Positions 14,808 through 23,274 of a DNA stretch of 29,048 bases are shown one piece after another (positions within the stretch are counted from its first letter, which is position 1; each line of letters begins with the position of its first letter). A program made the position numbers and the translations under genes. Origin of the DNA: an uncultured archaeon. Its GTDB lineage: Archaea > Aenigmatarchaeota > Aenigmatarchaeia > QMZP01. Under the pieces are notes generated by a model. The model was not told the origin of the DNA, did no database searches, and was given only the letters and a program-made list of their open reading frames with translations. The stretch lies in assembly GCA_964501695.1 (NCBI GenBank), contig CAZCTG010000001.1, forward strand, positions 1 to 29,048, in the 5' to 3' direction.

Positions 14808-16619
14808 TCATTCGCCGCCAACGATGGGCCATTTCTCGCGCTTGAGGCGCCTGTGGCCTATGAGCAGCACTATGACCAGGGCTAGCAGCATCGCTGCCAC
14901 AAGCAGCATCGGCCTCTCTATCAGGTACGCCGCCCACGCCTTTGCATCATCCCATAGGCCGCCGAGGAGGCTTTCCGGCGTTGCTTCGGATGCAGCCGCC
15001 ACAAACAGCGGTATGCTGGTGCTGAAGGTCAGGTTCTCTGCTGCGGCCTTGACAGAGATGCTTATATTGTAGCTGCCTGTTTCCTGCGGCGTTATGTAGA
15101 CGTATGCTGTCTTTTCGTCTTCCACCTCGACGCTGCCCGCGTAGTCAAGCCATTCCGCCGGGCCGGATGCGCTTATCATGAAGGTCTGGGGCTTCGACGA
15201 CACCATACTGACGCCGATTATCCTGACCCTGAACGGCACGGCATCTATTGAGGAGGGATAGAACGAGACCGCAGTCACCTTGGCCGCCGGAACCATCGGG
15301 TAGTACGGGGGGGCCGATGGCTGGCTGCTGTACGGTATGTTCGTGATGCTGCTGGTCCTGCTGTCCTCGGAGCCGCAGCCTGCATTTGATTTCACGAGCA
15401 CGCTGTGCTGCCTGTCGTCGGCTGCAAGGTAGCTGAACGTCGACTGCAATTCCGCGGACGGCTGCACGTTCTGGTACTTGTAGTCCTTCAGGATGCCGTC
15501 AATCCACAGGCTCGTGTTGATTCTGGTCGTGGCATCGCCCGAGTTCTTTGCGCTGACCGTTATGTAGCCGTAAGAGCCCTCGACCACATGGTTCAGATAA
15601 TCGAATGACGTTATCTGGACGCCGCAATTCGGCGTGGTCTGGTTGATGCATGCCCCGTCATAGCACCCATTCACGCACAGCGTCTGCGGAACCCAGTCCA
15701 TGGTGCAATTGGAATATATGTATCCTCTCTGGAGTATGTTCCCGTTGCAGGAATAGTTTTCGGCATAACCCTGCTGGCAGGAGGAAGCGCAGTCGGAGGG
15801 GCATGACGAATGGGTTTCGGCGCAGCTGCATATGCCGTCGCCGCAATGGTGCGGGCAGTTGTTGCAGTAATCGCTCCTGTTGCCAAGTGCCGTCCATTGG
15901 CCGTTGGCGCACGTGAGGTATTGCCCGCTTGCGTAATCGCATCTGTTCTGCGTTTCCGTCCCCTGCGGATTGTTGCACGTGTATTGCTCGAACACCCAGT
16001 GAACGATGGTGGCGCTGTGGTTCGCGCCGCAGTCCGCGTGGGCGTAAAGGCTTATTTCATGCCTGCCTGTGCCGAAGGCGTACTGCTTCTGGTAGCTGTT
16101 TGTCGAGCAGCTTGCCAGCAGAGGAACGGCGTAGTCTATGGAGCCGCCATTGACCGAAAGTACGTAGCTGATGCTCATGGGCGAATTTCCCGCGTTCTTT
16201 ATGCTGTAATTTATGTTGTTACCTGAAACGTCAAGCCCCGTCACTTCCACGCCGCACTGCACGTCCTGGCAGCTCGGGTATGAAGGCGGGGTAGGACCTG
16301 CAACGTATATCGTCCCGCGTGTGGTGTTGATATAGTAATTTGAATGGTAGTTGTATGCGCCTGGGGTGTTGAATGTATGGGAATACGTCATGTTGGTTAC
16401 TATGTCGCCCGAGTCCAGCTCGCTTCCCGTGTCCGATGTCACCGTGTGCGTGACAGGGTCGAGGTTCGTCCATGTCACGGTGTCGCCCAGATTTATGTTC
16501 ATGGCATTGGGAATGAAGGCGTAATTCTGTATGATGACATCCTGCGCCAATGCGGGTGTTGCCATGGCTGCCAGCAGAAAAACCTGGATAACGGTAAGCA
16601 GGGCTGCTTTGTTCCTCAT
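14808..16619 (-). CDS. Surface protein: degenerate cupredoxin domain, Cys-rich region, CARDB/Ig-like domains and TM anchor
   Basis: Signal peptide; plastocyanin-like AFIP...INLGDTVTWTN.D...HTVT; CGDGIC...CPSDC motif; Ig-like NxG repeats; C-terminal TM plus RRLKR. Confidence 0.85.
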   Translation of the reverse strand: MRNKAALLTVIQVFLLAAMATPALAQDVIIQNYAFIPNAMNINLGDTVTWTNLDPVTHTVTSDTGSELDSGDIVTNMTYSHTFNTPGAYNYHSNYYINTTRGTIYVAGPTPPSYPSCQDVQCGVEVTGLDVSGNNINYSIKNAGNSPMSISYVLSVNGGSIDYAVPLLASCSTNSYQKQYAFGTGRHEISLYAHADCGANHSATIVHWVFEQYTCNNPQGTETQNRCDYASGQYLTCANGQWTALGNRSDYCNNCPHHCGDGICSCAETHSSCPSDCASSCQQGYAENYSCNGNILQRGYIYSNCTMDWVPQTLCVNGCYDGACINQTTPNCGVQITSFDYLNHVVEGSYGYITVSAKNSGDATTRINTSLWIDGILKDYKYQNVQPSAELQSTFSYLAADDRQHSVLVKSNAGCGSEDSRTSSITNIPYSSQPSAPPYYPMVPAAKVTAVSFYPSSIDAVPFRVRIIGVSMVSSKPQTFMISASGPAEWLDYAGSVEVEDEKTAYVYITPQETGSYNISISVKAAAENLTFSTSIPLFVAAASEATPESLLGGLWDDAKAWAAYLIERPMLLVAAMLLALVIVLLIGHRRLKREKWPIVGGE

Positions 16620-16664
16620 GCATTATTGTTATGAAGAAACCAATATAAACCAATGGACAGGCCG

Positions 16665-19049
16665 CTACTCCCTGAGCCTGTTCAGCAGCAGCCTGCGCTC
16701 GGTCTTGGCGACGGCCGAACGGATGCTCTCTATGGCATCGATTTCGACCGATATGCTGTCGATGCCGGCTTCAACGAGGAACTCTGCCATCCTTGGGTTG
16801 CTGCCTGACTCCCCGCACAGGCTTACCTCGACGTTGTGCTTCCTGCAGCTCTTTATTACGGACTTTATCATGCCCGTGACCGCGGGATGGAATTCGCTGT
16901 AAAGCCCCGCTATCTTGGCGTTGTTCCTGTCCACGCCAAGGACAAGCTGGGTGAGGTCGTTGCTGCCTATCGAGGCGAATGCTATGCCTTCCTTGCAGAA
17001 CGCGCCAATCTCCGCGGCAGCGGCCGGCGTCTCCACCATTATGCCGACTTTGACAGGGAAGTTTATCATGGACTTCGCCTTCCTCAGCTCCTCGACGCTT
17101 ATGACGAAAGGAAGCATTATGCAGACGTTGTCGAGCCCCTTCTCGCGCAAATTCCTTATCGCCTGCATCTCGCACCTGAACACTTCAGGCTCGTCCAGCG
17201 AGCGGCGTATGCCATGCCAGCCCAGCATAGGGTTCGCTTCGGCTGGCTCGCCCTCCCCGCCTTTCATTCCTCTAAACTCGTCAGTGCGCGCGTCCAGCGT
17301 GCGGTACCACACAGACTTGGGATGGAACGACTTCGCTATCGCGCCTATGCCATCCTCAACCACGCGAACCAGCTCCTCGGGGTCGTCCTTCGCGAGCATT
17401 ACGGGATGCTTTCCCGATTGGGCGAGCATGTGCTCCGCGCGCAGCAGGCCCACGCCGTCGGCCTTGGGCGCGGCCTTTTCCGCCATCTCCGGGAATGCTA
17501 TGTTCACCTTTATGCTGGTCGCGGTGAAATTCTCTCCATCCGCTGGCTTGCCGTTCTCTGCCAACCCCGCTGGAGTTGATGCCGGTGCTGTTTCCTGCAC
17601 AGGCGTCGGCAAATCCAAGGTGTCCACGCTGGCTTCCTGCACCGGCTGCGGTTGCAACTCGGGATGCGCTTCGGGAATGACGGTGCCGCCTTCATAGACC
17701 TTGCCGTTCGTGGCATCAACCACGATTTCCTGCCCGTCCTGCAGCTTCTTCGTCGCGTTGCCCGTGCCGACGATGCAAGGTATGCCAAGTTCGCGGCTCA
17801 CGATTGCGGCATGTGACGTTATGCCCCCCTCATCCGTCACGATGGCTGCTGCCTTTCTCATCAATGGAACCATGCTGGGATTGGTCATGTGTGCTACGAG
17901 AATTTCACCCTGCTGAATTTTTGCTGCATCCTTCATGTCAACAATCATTCTGGCCTTCCCCCTTGCGGTGCCTGGCGATGCGCCGAGCCCCGTGATTATG
18001 GCAATGCCTTCGGTACTGCCCCCGTGTTTGGTTGCCGTCCCGCCAAGCGTCGTCACCGGTCGCGTCTGCACTAGGTAGGCGCGGTTCTTTTCTATGCACC
18101 ATTCTATGTCCTGCGGCTCGCCGCCATAGAATTCCTCGACGCGCTTCCCCAGTTCCCAGAGTTTCCTGAGCTCGGCTTGGCCGAGAACTTCGGCGTCCAC
18201 CATGCCTGGCTCTACGCTCTCCTTTATCACGCCTCCCGTGACAGGGTCCATGCGCCTGAGCCAATTCTTCTTGCCTATTCGTTTTCCCACGACTTCGCCG
18301 CTTCCCTTGTCTATGATGTGCTCGTCGGGTGTTACCAGGCCCGAGACTATGGACTCGCCGTAGCCCCACGACGATTCTATGACCATCTGGCCCGCGTCAT
18401 TGTTCATCGGGTTGACCGTGAACATCACCCCGGACTTCTCCGACTGAATCATGCGCTGGACTATGACGCCCATGCTCGGGAAGTCGTTGAACCCTTTCGT
18501 TTTCCTGTAGAATATCACCCTCGGCGTGAACAGGGAACTCCAGCATTTCTTTATCGCCTCCAGCAGCTTCTGCCTGCCCTGTATGCTGAGGAAGCTCTCC
18601 AGTTGTCCGGCGAAGCTCGCGCCCGCAAGGTCCTCGGAGGTCGCCGAGCTCCTCACAGCGACGATGGCGTCGCCCCTGCCTGCCTTTATCATGTCGAGCG
18701 CGGGTCCGTCCACGCCTTTCATCTCCTTGCCCAGCGACAGCTGGATGTAAGCCTCCCTGATGTCGCGCTCGATAAATTCGGGAATCCGCGCTCCCAGTAT
18801 CATCGAAGTTATTTCCTCGGAAGCCCTGTTCAGGGACCCCACGTCATCAACATCCACGCCTGCAAGCGCCGACTTTATGCCTGCCTCCAGGTTGTTGCTC
18901 TTGAGGAACTGCATGTAGGCCTCCGACGTCACTACGAAGCCCGGCGGCACAGGAAGCCCGCCCCTGACCATCTGGCCGAGGTTCGCGCCCTTCCCGCCCG
19001 CTTCCCCGACGCTTTCCCTGCCAATCTGGCTGAAGCTGAGAATGAACAC
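16665..19049 (-). CDS. ppsA: Phosphoenolpyruvate synthase (pyruvate, water dikinase)
   Basis: GGKGANLG, VRSSATSEDL...SFAGQ, phospho-His motif GGITSHAAIVSRELG, GVGLLRAE, SIGSNDLTQ and CGE. Confidence 0.96.
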   Translation of the reverse strand: MFILSFSQIGRESVGEAGGKGANLGQMVRGGLPVPPGFVVTSEAYMQFLKSNNLEAGIKSALAGVDVDDVGSLNRASEEITSMILGARIPEFIERDIREAYIQLSLGKEMKGVDGPALDMIKAGRGDAIVAVRSSATSEDLAGASFAGQLESFLSIQGRQKLLEAIKKCWSSLFTPRVIFYRKTKGFNDFPSMGVIVQRMIQSEKSGVMFTVNPMNNDAGQMVIESSWGYGESIVSGLVTPDEHIIDKGSGEVVGKRIGKKNWLRRMDPVTGGVIKESVEPGMVDAEVLGQAELRKLWELGKRVEEFYGGEPQDIEWCIEKNRAYLVQTRPVTTLGGTATKHGGSTEGIAIITGLGASPGTARGKARMIVDMKDAAKIQQGEILVAHMTNPSMVPLMRKAAAIVTDEGGITSHAAIVSRELGIPCIVGTGNATKKLQDGQEIVVDATNGKVYEGGTVIPEAHPELQPQPVQEASVDTLDLPTPVQETAPASTPAGLAENGKPADGENFTATSIKVNIAFPEMAEKAAPKADGVGLLRAEHMLAQSGKHPVMLAKDDPEELVRVVEDGIGAIAKSFHPKSVWYRTLDARTDEFRGMKGGEGEPAEANPMLGWHGIRRSLDEPEVFRCEMQAIRNLREKGLDNVCIMLPFVISVEELRKAKSMINFPVKVGIMVETPAAAAEIGAFCKEGIAFASIGSNDLTQLVLGVDRNNAKIAGLYSEFHPAVTGMIKSVIKSCRKHNVEVSLCGESGSNPRMAEFLVEAGIDSISVEIDAIESIRSAVAKTERRLLLNRLRE

Positions 19050-19114
19050 CCCAACACCCTATAACTATTATTATTGCGCTATATTTAATGTAATATCTTG
19101 TTAATGATGTTATC

Positions 19115-19393
19115 ATGCCGAAAACCAGAATGCCGAAAACTGACGCGAAGCTGAAATCCGAGACGGAGAAATGGCTCGCGAAGCTGGAGAAGAAGGCCAC
19201 GGGCGCGAAGCCTGCCGAAGGCATGCTCGAAAGCAGGGTCGTGGGCAACGCGATGGAGAACGTGGACGCTTACATCAAGGATTGCAGGCATTTCCTTGAA
19301 AAGAAAGATTATTTCAATGCCTTCGAGGCCATAATTTACGCGTACGGTATTTGGGAAACGCTTGAGAGGATGAAGCTGCTGTCTGAGAAGTAA
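19115..19393 (+). CDS. DUF357-domain protein
   Basis: AYIKDCRHFLEKKDYFNAFEAIIYAYG matches the archaeal DUF357 pattern. Confidence 0.85.
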   Translation: MPKTRMPKTDAKLKSETEKWLAKLEKKATGAKPAEGMLESRVVGNAMENVDAYIKDCRHFLEKKDYFNAFEAIIYAYGIWETLERMKLLSEK

Positions 19394-19687
19394 TTATTTC
19401 CTCTTCCCTCTTGCCTGCCTGGCATCTTCCTCGTGTATGCCGAGGATGATGAGCTTGATGAGGAAGAAGCCGACGAGACCGCCGAACAGAGTGCCACCCA
19501 CGTATATCCATGGGTCGGTGAATATGTATTTCGTCGGCGGGAACAGGCTGCCGCCGGGATAGAAGTTCCAGTGTATGTCAAATACATAAAGGGCGAGCAG
19601 GGCTATGAGCGCGGGCACGGCGAAGAATATGATGTCGGCAATTATCTCGTTCCTCGTGACGCGTGTCTTCCTGACTCGGTGGAGCAT
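19394..19687 (-). CDS. Hypothetical two-TM membrane protein
   Basis: Two hydrophobic helices around an aromatic/Pro loop; abuts the DUF357 stop convergently. Confidence 0.8.
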   Translation of the reverse strand: MLHRVRKTRVTRNEIIADIIFFAVPALIALLALYVFDIHWNFYPGGSLFPPTKYIFTDPWIYVGGTLFGGLVGFFLIKLIILGIHEEDARQARGKRK

Positions 19688-19711
19688 ATTTTAAATTCGT
19701 TTAGCCTGCTT

Positions 19712-20032
19712 TTATACAACCCTTATTATCCTGCAGTTCTCGGCGACCTCGACGAAATGGTGCGCGGTAATGCCGTAGGACGGACACTGATTCGCAGGGT
19801 CGTCATCGACAGCCTCGCGCGGGCTGTGCGCCATGTCGCATACCCAGTCCGGCGCTATGTTGTCGTCAAGGCACGGCCCTTTGCTGAAATCAATCTTGGT
19901 GGAAACAAGCTCTATGCATTTGTCCTGGCATGCGCTGGAAGCCTGGCTTGCGCCAGCGCCGCCGTTGCTTACCACGCAGCCGCTTATTGCCGCAATTGCA
20001 ATCAACAAAACAAAGAGTAACCGAAGCCTCAT
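19712..20032 (-). CDS. Predicted lipoprotein, Cys/His-rich conserved hypothetical
   Basis: Lipobox-like ISGC; GPCL...DWVCDMAHSPR...NQC...HHFVE pattern, recalled from DPANN/CPR hypothetical proteins. Confidence 0.8.
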   Translation of the reverse strand: MRLRLLFVLLIAIAAISGCVVSNGGAGASQASSACQDKCIELVSTKIDFSKGPCLDDNIAPDWVCDMAHSPREAVDDDPANQCPSYGITAHHFVEVAENCRIIRVV

Positions 20033-20142
20033 ATGTTAAGTTATTCCAAGATGCTTAAAAGCATATCAATCCGGTCCTGCCTATAATCCTGTAAGACAGA
20101 GTGTAAGCAAGCACTTTTAAGTCAGCTCGGACAACAAACATC

Positions 20143-20604
20143 ATGCCAAAGAAAAAAAGCGAAGAGGAGAAGGCCATGAGTGTGCCGGGGTTCGGCCTTA
20201 GGATTGGCATCTCCATCGTGTCGTTCTTCGCGCTTGTCGCGTTCTTCATAATCTGGCTGTTCTTCTACGCGGGCTCGTTCGGAATCCTGCAGAACGTGGC
20301 CGTGGCCATCGCGGCCATAATAATATTCATAGCGGTCATGGTAGGCGCATGGGCCTCATGGGGCATCAGGTACGCGCAGAAGTACGGGAAAGGGCAAAAA
20401 GCCGGCAAATGGGACAAGAGGACGGCGTGCAAGGAAGGCATCAAATGCCATGGCACGGCAGGCTGCATATACGGCCTGGGCTTCCTTGGTGCGCTTTTCT
20501 ACTACGTGTCCACAGCTCCCGACTTCTGGGCTGCCTTATTCGGAGTGCTAAAGGCGCTGCTATGGCCTGCTTTCCTTGTATACGGGCTGCTGGCATTCAT
20601 CTGA
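20143..20604 (+). CDS. Four-TM membrane protein, apparent fusion of two small membrane modules
   Basis: TM pair (...WLFFYA...QN...WASWGIRY), basic Cys-containing linker, then a second TM pair (YGLGFLGALFYYVSTA..FW....VLKALLWPAFLVY). Confidence 0.8.
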   Translation: MPKKKSEEEKAMSVPGFGLRIGISIVSFFALVAFFIIWLFFYAGSFGILQNVAVAIAAIIIFIAVMVGAWASWGIRYAQKYGKGQKAGKWDKRTACKEGIKCHGTAGCIYGLGFLGALFYYVSTAPDFWAALFGVLKALLWPAFLVYGLLAFI

Positions 20605-20633
20605 GGCTTAACTACAGTAAAAACAGCCATAAC

Positions 20634-21431
20634 CTATATCTCGCTTAAAAGCTGCACGATTTCCGTTTTCCTGCATTCTTCTATGGGGCTGTTTGTGGCC
20701 TTGCATAAGAAAGCCGTGAGGATATTGGTTTCTGTCTCGATGCCCAACTTTTCGCCGCTGCCAACCCTGTAATACTTGCCGCCTATTATTATGAGGGGGA
20801 TGTCGCCTCCAGGCGAGTAGTGCTTGAATATTGCCATCTCGGTCGGCGGCTGGCTTATGTCAATCTCGGTCTTGGTGACGTCAATGTAGCCCGCGAATTT
20901 TGCCGTGACGTTCAGTAATATCGGCCTTTCCCAAGCGCAATGCGGGCACAATGTGGTGCCGAAGAAATAAGCAGCAGGCCTGCCTGTTATGTTCGCGGAT
21001 TGTATGTCCCTGAATCCGCCGATGGCTGCAACGCTGTCCGCAACGTTCAGCCCCTGGTACGGGCAGATGACCTTATTGGGTTCGCCGGGGTTGAACACGC
21101 AATCGCCGGGATTGACCGGGTCGCAGGTGCCGAATACGGCGAGGTTGTAAGCCGCATAGACGGAATAGCCAAGGCTGAGCACGAAGGCTATCATGAAAAC
21201 CCACGATATGGCCTTGAAGTGCCTGTGGGCGAAGCGCGCAAGGCCCTGATGCCTGTCCATGAGAGCGGTCGTCACGGCTGCCTTGACCTTGTCGTCAAAA
21301 CCCGTTTCGCACGGCCTCAGCGTCGCCATCCTGCCTACGCACGATGCCGCTTCCTTGGCCCATTTCCTGTATTTCGCGGAAAACACGCCTAGGAATCCCA
21401 GCACGACTAGAGCCACAATGCAAATGACCAT
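20634..21431 (-). CDS. Membrane-anchored thioredoxin-fold protein (CPHC)
   Basis: N-terminal TMs; FFGTTLCPHCAWERP active site; IPLIIIGG cis-Pro loop. Confidence 0.85.
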   Translation of the reverse strand: MVICIVALVVLGFLGVFSAKYRKWAKEAASCVGRMATLRPCETGFDDKVKAAVTTALMDRHQGLARFAHRHFKAISWVFMIAFVLSLGYSVYAAYNLAVFGTCDPVNPGDCVFNPGEPNKVICPYQGLNVADSVAAIGGFRDIQSANITGRPAAYFFGTTLCPHCAWERPILLNVTAKFAGYIDVTKTEIDISQPPTEMAIFKHYSPGGDIPLIIIGGKYYRVGSGEKLGIETETNILTAFLCKATNSPIEECRKTEIVQLLSEI

Positions 21432-21550
21432 AAACTTCGCCTTGTCCTTTCGCCATACTCTTGTTGACGGAGCCGCTTCTTTCTCTTTGCTAATAGCGGC
21501 GTTTAACTTTAGCTCTCCCCTTCCTTTTGTTTGGGATTGATGTTCGCGCG

Positions 21551-22738
21551 CTATCTCAGCTTCGCTATCTTCCTTATCGTTTCCATGAAGACTTCGATGT
21601 CATGCTCATTGTTGTATAGGTATAGCGAGGCGCGCACGCTGCCCTTTATGCCGTGGGCATTGAACCACGAATGCACGCAATGCTGTCCCGAACGCACCAT
21701 GATGCTGCCCATCCTGTCAAGCATGAGCGCGACCTGGTGGTAATCCATGCCCTTCAGGTTGAACGAGGTTATGCCGCCATGTAGGCCCGCGTCCGCAGGG
21801 CCTATTATATCGGCCCCGAGCGAGAGCAGGCCTTCGGCAATCCTGCCGTTAAGCCTCTTTTCAAGCTGTCCAATCCTGTCAAAGCCGAACGACTTGATAT
21901 ACCTTGCAGCTTCCGCAAGCCCGATGAAGCCCGCGTAATCCTGCAATCCGGCCTCGAACATCTCCGGCGGGTCAAGGAACTCATGACCCTCATAGGTCGT
22001 GTTCGCCACCGTCTCGCCACCCACCATGAAAGGCTTCAGCTCTTCCATCGCTTTTCTGCTGGCGTAAAGCACGCCCGTGCCCGTAGGTCCGAGCATCTTG
22101 TGGCCTGAGAACGCAAGGAAGTCAACGCCCAGCTTGTGCACGTCAATCTTCTGGCGAGGCACGCTCTGCGCGCCGTCCAGCATGACAAGCGAGCCGTTGT
22201 CGTGGCCCGCTTTCACTATTTCCTTGGCGGGGTTCGTGACGCCGTCGACGTTGGACGTGTGTATCATCGAAACAAGCTTCACGTTCTTCTTGAGCAGCGC
22301 CCTGTACTTGTCCATGTCGAAGGTGTTGTCAGGCCCAGAAAACACGACGTTGTGCTTCACTCCCCTTTCCGCCAGCAGCTGCCACGGCAGCAGGTTGGAG
22401 TTGTGTTCCTTGTCCGTGCCCAGCACCACATCGCCCCTCTTCAGGCCGAGCGAATGCGCCACGAGGTTTATGCCCTCCGTCGTGTTCTTGGTGAATATGA
22501 TTTCTTCGGGCTTCGCGCCTATGAACTTGGCGATGGTTTTCCTTGCATCCGAATAAGCGTTCTTAGCCGCCTCCCCCAGCCTGTGGTTGCTCCTGCCCAC
22601 GCACGCGGGGAATTCGTCGTAATACCTCATCATCTCCCACAGTACCTGCCTCGGCTTCAGCGACATGCACGCGCTGTCGAGATAGACTATGCCCTTCCGC
22701 AATATGGGGAAGTCCTCCCTGACCTTTTCCGCGTTCAT
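21551..22738 (-). CDS. sufS: Group II (SufS/Csd-type) cysteine desulfurase
   Basis: YLDSA, DGAQS, PLP-Lys FSGHKMLGPTG and catalytic VRSGQHC. Confidence 0.9.
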   Translation of the reverse strand: MNAEKVREDFPILRKGIVYLDSACMSLKPRQVLWEMMRYYDEFPACVGRSNHRLGEAAKNAYSDARKTIAKFIGAKPEEIIFTKNTTEGINLVAHSLGLKRGDVVLGTDKEHNSNLLPWQLLAERGVKHNVVFSGPDNTFDMDKYRALLKKNVKLVSMIHTSNVDGVTNPAKEIVKAGHDNGSLVMLDGAQSVPRQKIDVHKLGVDFLAFSGHKMLGPTGTGVLYASRKAMEELKPFMVGGETVANTTYEGHEFLDPPEMFEAGLQDYAGFIGLAEAARYIKSFGFDRIGQLEKRLNGRIAEGLLSLGADIIGPADAGLHGGITSFNLKGMDYHQVALMLDRMGSIMVRSGQHCVHSWFNAHGIKGSVRASLYLYNNEHDIEVFMETIRKIAKLR

Positions 22739-22858
22739 AAAACCACTTTAAGTATTATTTCAGCCATTTGATTTCAATTGTTTTGCCCCTTAAAAAGCAT
22801 CTGCTAATGCTCAGGTTTATGCCTTTCTTTATATCCTGCACGCATCCATATAGTAATC

Positions 22859-23215
22859 ATGAATAATGCCAGGACATCCGCGCTCATCACCATTGCAATA
22901 ATAGCCATTGCCGTGGCATATTCTGCTGTTTACCTGCTGATGCCGCCAGCAAATAGGTACGACAGCCTTGCAAAATGCCTTGCGGAGGAGGGCACCATAA
23001 TGTACGGCTCGGACACATGCCACGCCTGCGCCTACCAGAAGGAGCTTCTCGGCGGCTCGTTCAAATACGTAAATTACGTCGACTGCGCGCAGCAATACCA
23101 CGTCTGCGTCAGCCAGCGTATAGGCAGCCTCCCTACCTGGCTGATAAACGGCACGTTCCACGTGGGCGTGCAGGCGCCCGAGAACTTGAGCGCGCTGTCA
23201 GGGTGCGCGATTTGA
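22859..23215 (+). CDS. Membrane-anchored small thioredoxin-like protein (CHAC)
   Basis: TM followed by LAKCL...MYGSDTCHACAYQKELLG...YVDC...C...PTWLING...G.Q...L..LSGC, resembling the Trx-like domain of cyanobacterial VKOR-Trx fusions (recalled). Confidence 0.88.
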   Translation: MNNARTSALITIAIIAIAVAYSAVYLLMPPANRYDSLAKCLAEEGTIMYGSDTCHACAYQKELLGGSFKYVNYVDCAQQYHVCVSQRIGSLPTWLINGTFHVGVQAPENLSALSGCAI

Positions 23216-23274
23216 GTTTTTATTTATGTTTCCCTCAACCAAATATTATATTGGTATTTGGTTATCCACCAAAG

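Noticed and set aside
10276-22771. Numerous long antisense ORFs in the GC-rich core (e.g. 10276-10857, 16915-17697, 18177-19064, 22136-22771)
   Set aside because: Shadows of well-supported genes (prs, ppsA, sufS and others) caused by high GC3; no independent motifs.
22975-23274. N-terminal 100 codons of the 1540-aa ORF in the track
   Set aside because: Out-of-frame read-through of the GC-rich Trx gene; the real gene starts at about 23275, where composition changes and a signal/TM segment begins.
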